Positions 1 through 12,173 of a stretch of 64,000 bases of DNA are shown here, one piece after another. Origin of the DNA: Balanoglossus misakiensis. Lineage: Eukaryota; Animalia; Hemichordata. Each line of letters opens with the position of its first letter. The stretch's first letter is position 1. The position numbers and the translations under genes are program-made. The notes under the pieces are model-generated. The model ran no database searches. It saw nothing but the letters and a program-made list of their open reading frames with translations, and was not told the origin of the DNA. The stretch lies in contig CM082587.2 of the NCBI GenBank assembly GCA_040954595.2, forward strand, positions 1,641,000 to 1,704,999, written 5' to 3'.

Positions 1-436
1 GTAAACAAAAATCAACTTCAATTACACAAAAAGTAGATAAATGAAAAAAATGTAAAATTCAAACAGTGTCGTCTCTTCACATGTGTTTGCTTCTGTGTAT
101 TCTTAGTATTTCTATTTCAGTTTTCTCGCCCTCAATTATTCAGTGTTTAAGAATCCTAATAGGTGAATTTTAGTTCCATGGTACATTTTGTCACAGATTA
201 TTAGCATAAATATGTATCAACAGGGACAGCTGAATGTCAGAAAGAATCTTACCAATTCTGGAGCTGAGGGGATAAATTAGAAGATGTTCTTTTCTGTACT
301 TTTTGTATAAATGCCCCAATGTTTGTCAAGCTTTTTTTACTTCAACTTTTAAAGGGTTAACTTTGCTTTCATAAGTGGATTTGAATAAAAGCATTGAAAT
401 TCATAAAAACAAGGTTGGTTGTGTTTTTATTAGATT

Positions 437-744
437 TATCGAAAATTAACGTTCAAAATATATAGGCCTACTCGTGCAGAAATCGGTCATTTGCATCGAA
501 TGTAGATGATTGATTTACACTGAAACAAACACATTTTGCTGGTGTTTCTGGGACCGCTTTATTTTCCGACCCTTTTTTCGATGTTTTCTTTTCTCGATAA
601 AAATTACCAAAGGCTATGTATGTTAACTCCAATATATAAGGTGTTAGGCAACTATATCGAAAATGACCGTTCTATTATACTTGTGTGCAGAAATCGGTCA
701 TTTGCATCGTTGTTTGATTTCACACTGAAACAAACATATTTTGC
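437..744. repeat. Imperfect ~95-bp direct repeat (437-539 and 655-744)
   Basis: Both copies read TATCGAAAAT..ACGTTC/CCGTTC...GTGCAGAAATCGGTCATTTGCATCG...TGATTT(C)ACACTGAAACAAACA.ATTTTGC. Confidence 0.85.
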
Positions 745-761
745 GGGCCTAATATAACGAG

Positions 762-802
762 TGCGCATGCGTGGACCAATGTTGTCAAGCGTTGCTAGCA
801 AG
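762..802 (+). promoter_or_regulatory. Putative proximal promoter of the kinase gene: NRF1-like site, CCAAT box and RFX X-box-like motif
   Basis: TGCGCATGCG 762-771, CCAAT 776-780 and GTTGCTAGCAAG 791-802, immediately 5' of the ATG at 819. Confidence 0.5.
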
Positions 803-818
803 CGACCTGTCAGCTGCA

Positions 819-3800
819 ATGGAGAACTACAAGGTAAGTTCGTCGAATATCGAGTCTTATGTGTCGTGAATAGTTGCGAAGTCTATTTCTGATATTTACT
901 GATGATTGCTCAAACTAACTGTCGACTCATCGCTTCCGATTTCAGATCAAGCAACGGCTGGGAAAAGGCGCCCAAGGTAAGGAAATCACAAGAAGTTCAT
1001 GTACCATACGTACATGTACATATGCACCAGACTATTTATTTTTCACAAGCATCAGTGAAACACCAGTGTCATATTCTGAATTGATTCCCGTATTTTTTCA
1101 CAGGGGCTGTTTTCCTCGTAGAAGACAGGAACGATAAAAAGCAATATGTACTCAAAAAGGTATGTATGCTTTGGTCAAACCGCTATTATTATGCCAACTG
1201 AAAATTGCCATCTTCGTTCATGCTTGAATCACGTCGAAGCCCCCCCCCCCCCCCCCCCCATGACATGTTGTGTACCGAAAGAAAATTGTTATGTAATTCA
1301 TTGATTAAATAGCTACAGGTGCATGTGAAGGACGCTACCTTCATTGCAAAGTAATTTAGATTACATATATATTTTAAACATCTGTATATAACCATTATTA
1401 TCAAATTATTATAATTATATAAAACTATTGAAAGAATAGTTTATAGCCTGTTATACATAGTGACAACTTTGTTACCTGTTTTACATTTCACTTAAGTTAG
1501 TGTACGCATGACAATAAATTCTTTTACCCCTGCCATTGTGTTTAGAGATGGTCGTGTAACCCTTCTTACTTTGGTTTTGTCATGTTAATTTTTTCCTTGC
1601 ATTTCTGTATACAGGTTGAGTGTAATGATGAAGGTGATGCAAATAAAGCATTCAAAGAGGTGAGCTATTTGTTTTTGAAATAAGAAAACTACAATAACTA
1701 ACCAATCCCGTGTATTTACAATCATGAATGTTGTCTAATGATGTCATGAATACATACACAAACACTTTTTTCTAACATTCGACTTGGGTATAGAACACAG
1801 AACAACTGCTGTGTTCCCTTATCATATCCTACAGCATAGACTCTGGAGAAATATTTCTCCAGGGCCTATGGTTACAGGAACATTGTGTAGATATTATAAT
1901 TTCCAATACTGCAGAGAGATACAGAGTTCTGATAACCTCCCCAAATAATGTACAATGTTCTGCGTTGGTAATACAAATATTAGCTTTCTACCAAAATGAA
2001 GAAACCTTGGTGTTTCAGTTATTTCCAAGCTACCACACATGTCAATATTTGAGATGTATACTATAGTCTCCATGCAGATCAGCTAGTTATGTTTTAATCA
2101 GGATATCTGGACGATCACATCTCCCCACAAACACCATTTACACTTTGCTGATATACCATATACCACCACATCTGAAGATGTGATTACTTTAAATCCTCTA
2201 ATTCAGGGTAAAATAACCTCAGTTTAGGCAATCTGATATCCCAGCCTTGTGATTTTTGTGGAGTTACCCATCAGATCTCTGTAAAGGTGCAGGAATCGAG
2301 ATGTAACATTACATAATGTTATCACTCAGGTTGGCACAAAGTACTGAAGTCTGGAGGCCATGTTTCAGTGTAGTTTGTTTACTGGCTACCGAAAATCTCT
2401 CATCTGTTTTAATTAAAATCAGTCAGATAGTTAAAAGCACGTAATGGAATAGATTTAATTCACACTTGCGTCTAAACTACTAGCACTGTGTTAACATAGA
2501 GCTGGGAGTTGCCATTTAACCCAGAGATTTAAAACCACCGTAAAGTTGTTTTTCAATTCATTTGAAATATAAAAGGAAATATTTTTCTTTTAAAGTCTGT
2601 ATGCTAGATCATTGTTAGTTTTAACCTTGTCGTGAAGGTGGTTTCCTAGTGAATCATTGTTACTCGATGCGAGTGTGAGTGGAGGTCATTTTACTCTTTA
2701 AGACCTACGGTTAAAAGTGTTTTTTCTTACACCTTGTTGACAAACGTTCAGTCTAAAACAAATTACCATAATCATCCTCACAGTGATCTGTATCAAGTAA
2801 AGTTTCTTGTTGAACTCCTTATACAATGCTCAATAACAGGCATTTTAAATTTCCAAGATAAAATAAAACAAGTGTCAATTCTTTGATTTTTGATCACCAC
2901 TCCCCCTTTCTGTGTACCGTTCATGTAGGCCATGGCTTTGCAAGAACTACAACATCCGTACGTCTGTGGGTACAAGGAATTCTTTGTAACTTGGGATAAA
3001 GAGGTGAGTTTCCACTGTTCATTCATTTGCAAATGTTTGTTTGTAAATTGTGTCAGGCTGAGGGGCTGAATGTATGTTATATTGAATATGTCTCAATATT
3101 ATTTTGTTTGCTATTAAATTTGCTACAAAGATATTCTATCCTTACAGGAATCTGCCATGTATGTGTGCATTGTAATGGATTACTACAAATTTGGAGATTT
3201 AGATAAAGTTCTTCGACAGAAAAGAGGAAGCAAAGAAAATATTGAGGAATTGGTAAGTTTTGATTTTCATGTATCAGATAAGAAAAACAATAGTAGTACC
3301 ACAATTCAAATTACAATAGAAAAATATTGACCACTACTAGCAATGGAAATATAATGTGTATTTCTTTACATAGGTATTAAAGAAATGGTTCGGACAGATG
3401 ATAGAAGCCCTGGCATTTGTACATAAAAAGCAAGTCATTCACAGGTCAGTGTTCGCCTCATCAACAAGCTGCTTGTTGCATTCAAACACATCTACAAAAT
3501 AGAAGTACATGTACCACTTATAATCAGCACCAACATTCACGAAATGACAAACATATGTTGTTTGTTTTCTACAGAGATTTAAAACCCAGTAATATATTTA
3601 TGACAGAAGATCTCAGCATCTGCATTGGTGACTTTGGTGTTGCTACTATCATGGGTGATGCCAGAACAAAGACAAGAACTACAGTTGGTGAGTCAATACT
3701 TCCACCAAGAAATCATGCTGTAGTTATCACTTTCTTGCATTCATAATATAACCTGTCTTATGTCTTGAAGGTTCAATGAGCTGGATGGCACCAGAAGTGA

Positions 3801-6800
3801 TGGAGAAGGCATATGATGAAAGGAGTGATTTGTGGTCTCTTGGTTGTATCACACTAGAGATGGCAACATGTGCCTTCATGTCTGTGAGTAAACACTGAAA
3901 TCTTATAGCACATTTTTGTTTTTGGGGATATCTGTAAATGATCCTTTGACTGTCTAAATTTCACCACTTGACAGATTGCTGCTATGAGTTGTGTTCATGT
4001 TTTTTTTTCTGTTGGCAGACACAAGAAATCCAAGCTGTCCTTTTCCAAATCAAACAATCACCACAAGCCTTAGAAGAAGTCTTAGAAGATGTTGCCAAGG
4101 TAAATCATAGAGTTTAGTTGTACTTGAAGCTACTCCACAATGTTGTTCAACCACTGAGTTACTTTGAAACTCTGAATCTTTTCAAGGACTTATAGAAGTG
4201 TCTCTGTCTTCAGTCATATTCTGCAGATCTGTGCCAAATGATCCGTACAATGCTTCGGAAGAACTTCAAACAAAGACCATCAGTTTTGTAAGTATAAATG
4301 TGTCCTGTTTGTCTCAACAATTTTTAAGGGAAAATGAATAAGAAAATAATATTGATGTTTTCTTTTGCATCTCCAGACAAATGATTGAAATCCCATACAT
4401 TAAGGATGCATTATCTCTCAGTCACTCAGCCCTGGCTGCAAGGAAGAACAAAGAAAAAGCGAATGAAGTGTCAAGTGAGTTCTACATTTCTGTCTGTTTC
4501 ATCTGTCTTATGAAGTTACCTGTTTTTTTAAATACCTTGCTGGCATAAAATCAAGTACATGTAATCAAATATACATGAATTAATCAGTTATTGATGACAA
4601 TGTGATTGTTCAATTTGTTCACAGAGCCAGTACCAAAAGGCAAAGGAGTTCCTGCAGTTCTTGGTAAGTTTTCTATACAAGATTGTTTTGGGCTTGTAAC
4701 TTTGAAACCAGTATTTGAATATATCAAAGACACTTCACGAACAAACTTTCACAACTGTTGTTCACAATTGTTAAAATGAACCGTACCTTTCAAGTCATAA
4801 CAAAATTCAAAATTCTTCTCGCTTACAGCATTCCTTCGGGAAAACTTGAAGGGCGAGACTTGTGTGAAAGATGCGTTAACATACTTAGCTGAAGTCACCA
4901 AGGATCAAGGTAAGCAATGATAAGAAATTGGATCTCTTCAGATTACAGGATGTTCTCCCTTTTCATAGTTTGCCATATCTGGTCTGCATATTTGGGAAAC
5001 ACATGAACACATATTACTCAATGCAGTGGATGAATGTTTAGCACAGAACTGCTAGTCTTATTATGGTAGCTTTCCTTGTCATTCTAATTCTGTATTTTCT
5101 TGTTTTTTTTCCTGTGATATCTTGTTATTTTACCCCAAACAACAGATGAGCAGAGTAAGTTTAGAGAGCCGATTTGTTGACCCTCCAAAACTCTCTTACA
5201 ATTTTATTGTAGGGTGATAATAAGGTTCTAAGGGTGGTATGTTGCTAATATGGCTACCAGAACACAAAAAATTTACCTCGTTATTTCAACCTTAATTTTT
5301 TAGTACCACTATACAATTTTGTATGTCTCCTTTGGGGTGCGAATTTTTCAGTTCTTATAGCCAGGTGTCAACTCCTTCCTGTTATGCAGACTTCGTGGTG
5401 AAAAAGGACTTAATATTAATACAAAAAATTGCCACATTTTTTCATTGTTCACATATTTATAATATCAGAAATCAAACTGTAGCATGTATGCAATTTGCTG
5501 AAAATCCCTCTCATAAATTTCCACAACTTTCACTGTTTATGCAGCAATTTATTCGTACAACTCTATGACATTTAATGTACTGAATATAAAATAAAATTAT
5601 ACTTTTGGAGATGGTAAGGGGTCAGTAACTAATAAATTATGGTCAGATTTTCTACTCCTTCTTTCTGACATGTTCAGCTTGTTATGGTATGCCCATGTCA
5701 AACTGTTGGAAATTGGGAATTGTAACATTTTTTTCTAATACTTTTCAGATGCGATAATTGATGATGCAGGTAAAAGGCTGATTGTTGAGGCCATGAAGAC
5801 TCACATTGGAAATGCTGAAATCCAGACAGCTGGCTGTAATGTGTTAGCCAATCTAGTAGTTGCCTGTAAGTCCTCTTCCTCATGTTGTTTGTTTACTCTG
5901 TCACTGTAATATCTACATTGTCATTTACTGATTGGTTTCTTGGTTTTCATGTTTGTTCTCACAGCTGATACAGATGACATACTTTATTCCTTAGAGATCA
6001 TCGAAATAATTCCTCTTGCCATGATTGTAAGTATGACATTGGTATCTTGCTTATATACAAATTCCAGACTTGTGATGATATTAATATGACCATTCACCTT
6101 AGATTGTCTCTACCAATTATCAGCTGTTGCTGTCTTTGCACTACAAGAATTAACTTTCATGCTTAAATCCTTCAGAATTTAACCAAGTTTTCTCTAACTA
6201 TAATTGTATTCCACAGTCACATGCTGGTTCAAAACTCTTACAAGCAAGTGCCTCAGCGTTGTTAATGGCTTTGTCAGCAGAAGGTAAGTGTCTTGAGATT
6301 GTAGCCATTGATACTGTTGATTCTCCTGAGATGAAACTCACCTTATCCAACTCAAGCCAAAGGCTTGACATCATTTGGTTTTATTTTGATGCAGAGGCAG
6401 CAGCTGAGGTTATCGGTCAAAAAGGTGGTGTACAAGATGTTCTTGCTGCCTTGCGAGCATTTCCAAATGATGCTGAGATTGCAGCCAACTGCTGCAGTGC
6501 TGTCTGGAGTTTAGCTGTCAATGGTGAGTATCAGATGCATTTACATGCATGTATTATTAATCAATCACACTTTTCAATTTGTTTTTTAATATGATCCAAT
6601 ATGTCCACCATCACATCCATTTGTGGCCTATACACCAATCTGTCCAATGATGCTAACCACAATAAAACTTGGTGGTTCTTTTTTCAGAAAACAATGCACT
6701 GATAGTGACAGAGGAAAAAGGAGCCATTGATATCTGTGGTGCTCTGCAGAAACACGCCAAAACAGCCGATGTGATCGAAGGAGCATGTGCTGCCCTTTGG

Positions 6801-7774
6801 TCACTGTCCATGGAAGGTCAGTGAATAACTTAGTAAATTGACATGGCTATAAAATGCAGCGATTGATTATAGTGAGGTGATTGCTGTGACAAATGACCAT
6901 CTTTGATCATCCTCCACAATCTCCTCTTATTTTAACAGATGATAACATCACATTGATGCAGGAAAACAAGGCAGTTCCTTTGATGGTCAGAGCACTTGAG
7001 AACCATATAGAGGTAAGGGAGAAATTATTAAGTCATAGAGGATAGGGCAGAACTGTTACTGGTAACCCATCTACTGGTACACCCATGTGTGATGGTTACA
7101 TTCAGACTTTCCTGTGTCTGTTTTAACTGTATTCTTTTCCATTTGTACACAGCATCCGAAAGTAGTTAAGAATGCGTGCATGGCACTGGCAAGTATTGTG
7201 GAGACAGACGAACTCAGTGCTCATTCATTGGTGAAAGAGGGCGGCTTGCAAGCTGTGAAGAAAGCACACAAAAAACATCATGATAATCCGGAAGTCGTGG
7301 AAAACATCTGTGTGTTGCTGATGGAAATGGCAGAACATGGTGGGTGGATATAATGATTGACTACCTAGGGGGTCCAGCAGTGATTGGCATGACAACAATT
7401 CTGAGGATATAGCATAGAAAGTAGAGGGACCACTGACAATAAAATACGGGAAAATGTTTTTTTTTTTTCTGCAGATGATATAGTGCACGACTTGAAGTCG
7501 TTAAGAATGGAAGAAGTTTTAAAAGAAGCACAAGTTATGTATGCCAGCAATGATGTAAGTATTCTAGATTATATCAAATTGTAAAGGCAAAGAGACAATA
7601 CATGTGATTCAAGCTTTCGTTTTCCTGACAAAAATTAATAGCGTATTGATCTTCCACTTGCAGGATATAATAGGACCTGTGTTGAGTGCGCTGTCCAAGA
7701 TGTCTGCCGGCACTAAAGCACCAGGAAACAGACCAACGTCTGCAAGAAACAGAGCTAAAGCATCCACCAAATGA
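819..7774 (+). CDS. STKLD1: Multi-exon NEK-like Ser/Thr kinase with C-terminal armadillo repeats (STKLD1/SgK071-like)
   Basis: Stitched exons: MENYK|IKQRLGKGAQG|AVFLV...VLKK|VEC..DANKAFKE|AMAL.ELQHPYV...|HR|DLKPSNIF..IGDFG..|GSMSWMAPE..DLWSLGC. These are followed by ARM-like exons (EIQTAGCNVLANL; EIAANCCSAVWSLAV; VVKNACMALASIV). Stop TGA at 7772-7774. Kinase+ARM architecture matches STKLD1. Confidence 0.8.
1240..1259. repeat. poly-C tract (C20), intronic
   Basis: Directly visible homopolymer. Confidence 0.95.
1835..1870. repeat. 36-bp near-perfect palindrome (possible MITE remnant)
   Basis: CATAGACTCTGGAGAAAT|ATTTCTCCAGGGCCTATG, two mismatches. Confidence 0.6.
5146..5154 (+). CDS. Candidate 9-nt in-frame microexon of the STKLD1-like gene
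   Basis: Long pyrimidine tract, then AACAG|ATGAGCAGA|GTAAGT, inside a phase-1 intron (4910-5748). Confidence 0.55.
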
Positions 7775-8824
7775 TCACCTCCACAGCATTTCCTCAAAGC
7801 CATCCAAATCAATTGCAAACGAAACTGTCACTCATTTCGAGCGACGACAAGTGCATTGCACATTTAAATAATCATTACATTGTCTTGTGAATTACCTGAT
7901 GCTCTTTCAGAAACTTCTTGTTTGTAGTCATTTGAATATTACACATTTCATCAAGTGATGATGTAATGAATTTAAACATCAGCAGGCATATCTCATGTTG
8001 ATCTTGCAAATGACAGCCTGGTATTTGTTGCTTCTACTGCCTATGAACTAAACTAGTCAGATAATCTGACGACTCCTGGCTTGTTATCTTCACATGTGTC
8101 TGACCTGAGATTTCCTACCTGCAGGCAATCAAGCATCTGTAATATTAATCAAGAAACAAACAAAAAACTTTACTACATTTGCCAAACGAAAGAAAGAGAA
8201 AAATTTACTTCATATGATATTTTCATTAGAGTGAAGTGAAATTTGACAAAAATTCTTGATTCCAGCCAATATTTCAAATGAGAGTGTTTTTGTATAATTC
8301 TTTTCGGGATGTCAAGGTAGTGTTTCTTATTTTCTATTGAACCTTTAATTCGTTAATCATTACTTTCTAGTCAATACTTTGACTCTAGAAATATTCATTT
8401 TTTTCATATTCATATTTGTTGATGTTCATAAATGGTCTTTTCCCCTGAAACCCACCTAAGATATTTTGACTATACTTTCTATTTAAATTATATTGTTCTC
8501 TGATCTATCCTTATATATCTTGGAATTTCTGTGACTTACATGATTTACATTATAATCACAATGTTCAACTGTAAATATTTCACACTTGTACTTAATACTG
8601 AAAGAAATATTCCGAATAAATGTTATTTTTGCTCCTAGCAAAGTTGGAACGAAATGATGCACTTGCGAGAATCAAAGTGCGCCACCATCGATAGAAAAAG
8701 GACTTCCAATCCGAGGTCAGGGTAACCTTAGTAAGGTCATGTCACAGATGCATATCTACGTACGGCACGTACGTGAAGTTAGCCACCGTTGAATTCGCTG
8801 CGAAATTCCTGTGAAACTGTCCGG

Positions 8825-9730
8825 ATGGCCAAACCCGAGAATTATACCATAGTGGGCGGTTACCGATTTCCAGGATATTATGACGAGAAAAAGATTAAAA
8901 ACGAAGGACGACTAGAAGACTGTTCGTTTCGACATGATGACTTGGTGATCTGTGGATATCCGAAATCAGGAAACAAATGGCTGATCAAAGTTGTTCAGTC
9001 TATGTACAGTGACTGGGGACTTTGTCTTTATGGCGGAAGGGGCGAACCCATATTCATTGAAGAATTCTTCTTATTCAAATTGCATTTCAGCGAATCTCGA
9101 CGACAGGCGGTGGAAGATACCAATATCGATGACCTGCCCTCACCACGTTTGATGAGGTCCCACATGGGACCAACTATGCTCCCTCTGAAGAGAATCAAAG
9201 AAAATGGTGCAAAGGTGATCTACATCAGTCGAAATCCAAAAGATGTATGCGTCTCTCTTTTCCACTTCTTGAAGACTTTTGCTCACGGTGCCATGGCAGT
9301 TAGCAACTGGGAAGAGTTCGTTCAAGATTTCGCGCAAGATAGAGTTCCTCACGCACCGTGGTCCAAACACGCCATCGAATGGTTTCAGTTTGGAGTTGCT
9401 GACAACGTTCTCCACGTCACCTACGAAGAGATGAAAGAAGATCTATCAGAAGTCATTAAGAAAATTGCACGCTTCCTTGAGCGCCCGATTAGTGAAGAAG
9501 ACATCCAAAGAGTTATCGCGGCCACATCTGTAGAGGCTATGAAACAAAGTGACCCGTTGGATATAGTATATATGGATAACACAGTCGTACCAAAGGGACA
9601 AAACCCGTGGGTGAGAAAAGCGATTGTCGGCGACTGGAAGAATCATTTTACAAGTGAACAAAGTGAACTTTTTGATGCTGCAATCGGGAGCAAAGTGAGA
9701 GATGCTAATCCGAACATCCCCTACCAGTGA
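8825..9730 (+). CDS. Intronless cytosolic-type sulfotransferase (Sulfotransfer_1 family)
   Basis: ATG at 8825. Motifs: GYPKSG (5'PSB), PRLMRSH (catalytic His), YISRNPKDVCVS (3'PB), YEEMKEDL, RKAIVGDWKNHFT. Confidence 0.92.
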   Translation: MAKPENYTIVGGYRFPGYYDEKKIKNEGRLEDCSFRHDDLVICGYPKSGNKWLIKVVQSMYSDWGLCLYGGRGEPIFIEEFFLFKLHFSESRRQAVEDTNIDDLPSPRLMRSHMGPTMLPLKRIKENGAKVIYISRNPKDVCVSLFHFLKTFAHGAMAVSNWEEFVQDFAQDRVPHAPWSKHAIEWFQFGVADNVLHVTYEEMKEDLSEVIKKIARFLERPISEEDIQRVIAATSVEAMKQSDPLDIVYMDNTVVPKGQNPWVRKAIVGDWKNHFTSEQSELFDAAIGSKVRDANPNIPYQ

Positions 9731-10603
9731 AGATGTGATGCGAACAGTTGTGTTTTTTGATATTTGAAGATTTTCAGTAATTATGAAGAACAATCACAAA
9801 ATATGACGAGTCATATGTCGCAATATTCAAGCAATAATAAATTCAAACACACCGAAGCAAACGTGTTATTTTAATGTTTAGTTGTATCCAGAGTCAACAC
9901 TTCAGAAATTACGTCGCCTTGACCGTACACACCGTATAAACTGAGCTTATTGAGAATACCCAGTCAGGACGCGTGCTACAGTAACCCTGCTTGAGACCTG
10001 CCCTAGTTTATTATAATAGGGTTGGACAGTGTCAGCGTACTTTAAGAAACACTTTGTGGTACAAGTATACCTGTATAGGTGATCTATGGCCAATTACTTG
10101 CATTGGTATTTCATTCAAAATGCACTACAATGCACACGCGAACCAATGTCAATGCTTAGCTTATCACGAAAGAACCCGAACTACTTCAGGTATACAACCA
10201 TAGGCTGTTTATCTTTTATTCTGCCAAACTGTCCAAGGTCTTCCCGCACGCACAAAAGATTCGTTGTCATGACTACAATTAATGCTGGCCTAAACCGTTA
10301 CATTTGTTGAGGAAGAGATCAGTTTAGTGTATGGTAACCACAGCAGTCGGTATCAATACCATTTACAACATAATTATAGTTCATGAAAAGTGGGGCATAT
10401 ACCCTGCTTCTGAAACAAGACAAACAATTGAACCACTTGGAGTAGGTTTATATGTTGGAGTATGTATGTCTGTTGTCGCTACGAAAGAATATTATTACTG
10501 TGACGGTTATTGTTTTGTTATGTTCCCATAACGACAATCCGACAACAATTTCTCTAGTTTGAGGTCGTCTATTATTTACAAGGCTATTCGCACTTTCAAG
10601 AGT

Positions 10604-10610
10604 TATAAAA
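10604..10610 (+). promoter_or_regulatory. Candidate TATA box for the downstream surface-protein gene
   Basis: TATAAAA ~120 bp 5' of a GTAAGT donor (10730); matching acceptor TTTCAG at 10875 just before the ATG, consistent with a 5'UTR intron. Confidence 0.4.
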
Positions 10611-10890
10611 GATTTTTGACGAATAAAGACCGCTCCTTGTGAAGTGAGATTCTTAAAGTAGTCGAGGATCGCGGTCAGTACTAGTACCTTCTTGGGCTCT
10701 CGCAATCTCTCTCTCTCCTGATCAAAGAAGTAAGTTTGTATATTATAATAATTCGTAGTACGTACTAGCAATTTTCCTATAAAATTCATTTCCTATGTTA
10801 TCATTATCCCAGTGATGTTATTTGAGGACACTTCTACCAAGAAATTGACGATACACGTTTATAACTCTATTTCAGTCATTTGGAGTCACA

Positions 10891-12173
10891 ATGCAGAAGT
10901 TGTTTAGTTTGATTTTACCTTGCCTGTTGCTTGTTAACTATGGACACGCAGGTAAGTGTCACATAGAAGAGTTGTTATCACAGAGTACCTGTATGATAAT
11001 GTAAATGTTCAATCAATAGTTGCGATTGAAGTTTTTGAATTTTCTCAGAAATTTGAAGGAGTCAACTTGGGAATTAGTGAGTATTTTGTATATGACGGCA
11101 GTTGAATACTTGCGCTTTTGACGGACTGCGATTTACCTTGGTATAGCTAAACTTGAGATTCTTATTACTTGCAGCATACTACATATCCCGACCCATAATA
11201 TCGGTGTTTAATAGTGGATCCCTGTCGACGACAGACGGGACGGGAACCCTGACAGCCGAACTCATCGTCAGGATTATAAATGACGGAAATGACAACGTAA
11301 CTGCCGGACAAGGCAATCTGACCCCAAACTTCTACCTCTCTGATGACAACCAGTTCAACGCCGGTGTCGATACTAACTTTAACGGCCAGTTCACCGTGCA
11401 ACCGAACAGTGACAACACCTTTGATGATATGATCCCCAGCGGAGGAGACCAAATCATCGTCCACATCAACGCGTATCTACCGATGCCGAATTCGGTTGTC
11501 TGCAGCTCACTGGTGAACCAGTTTCTGTGTTTGAAATTCGACGCCGGTAATGGTTTGACATACCAAGAAAATTCTGAGTGCATCCCATTCGATACAGTGG
11601 CAATTGTTGATTGTGAGTTGACTTAATTTTGTAAAATGACATGCCAAGTTTATCGCAAATTATTCCGAGGATGATTTAAAGCCCCAGTAACTCTAACCCT
11701 TGGCTTTCAGTATTTTTCGCCTATGAATCAACTGAGGTAGAGCTATAGTATGGGAATGAGATTTAGAATAACCGAAGTTGGTCTCATAACTATGAAGCAG
11801 CCTGGTTCCCTGACTGGGGACCCGGGACTGAAGTGTTTGCTCGAACAGTTGTCAAACATCTTTTTTTTTGCTTCGTTCTAAATTTCCACAGGTGCTGGCG
11901 TTTCAGATTCACCTGCCAGTACAGAGGCAGGTACAGAGGGCTCTACAACTCGAGACAATGGAGGCAATGGAGGTAGGAACACCTATAATCTGTTCGTTAT
12001 GTGGAAACCTTAATAAACGTTCGTCAGAACACAGTCCCTCTATTACAGGAACTGTGGTCATATTTGTCATATAGACCCAATAATCTTATCCATAACTTCT
12101 TTTTGCAGCCTCTATGGCTAGCTCTGGGTTGGCATTGTTGCTGACAGCGGTCATGGGATTATTCGTGTTGTAA
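10891..12173 (+). CDS. Secreted/GPI-anchored protein with one CARDB-like beta-sandwich domain (family member A)
   Basis: Exons 10891-10951 (signal peptide MQKLFSLILPCLLLVNYGHA), 11174-11611 (VRIINDG..NFYLSDDNQF..C..C..C), 11892-11972 (Ser/Thr/Gly stalk), 12109-12173 (ASMASSGLALLLTAVMGLFVL*). All introns are phase 1. Confidence 0.75.

Noticed and set aside
11798-11830. Short inverted repeat CAGCCTGGTTCCC...GGGACCCGGGACTG
   Set aside because: Likely a tiny decayed repeat; too short to classify
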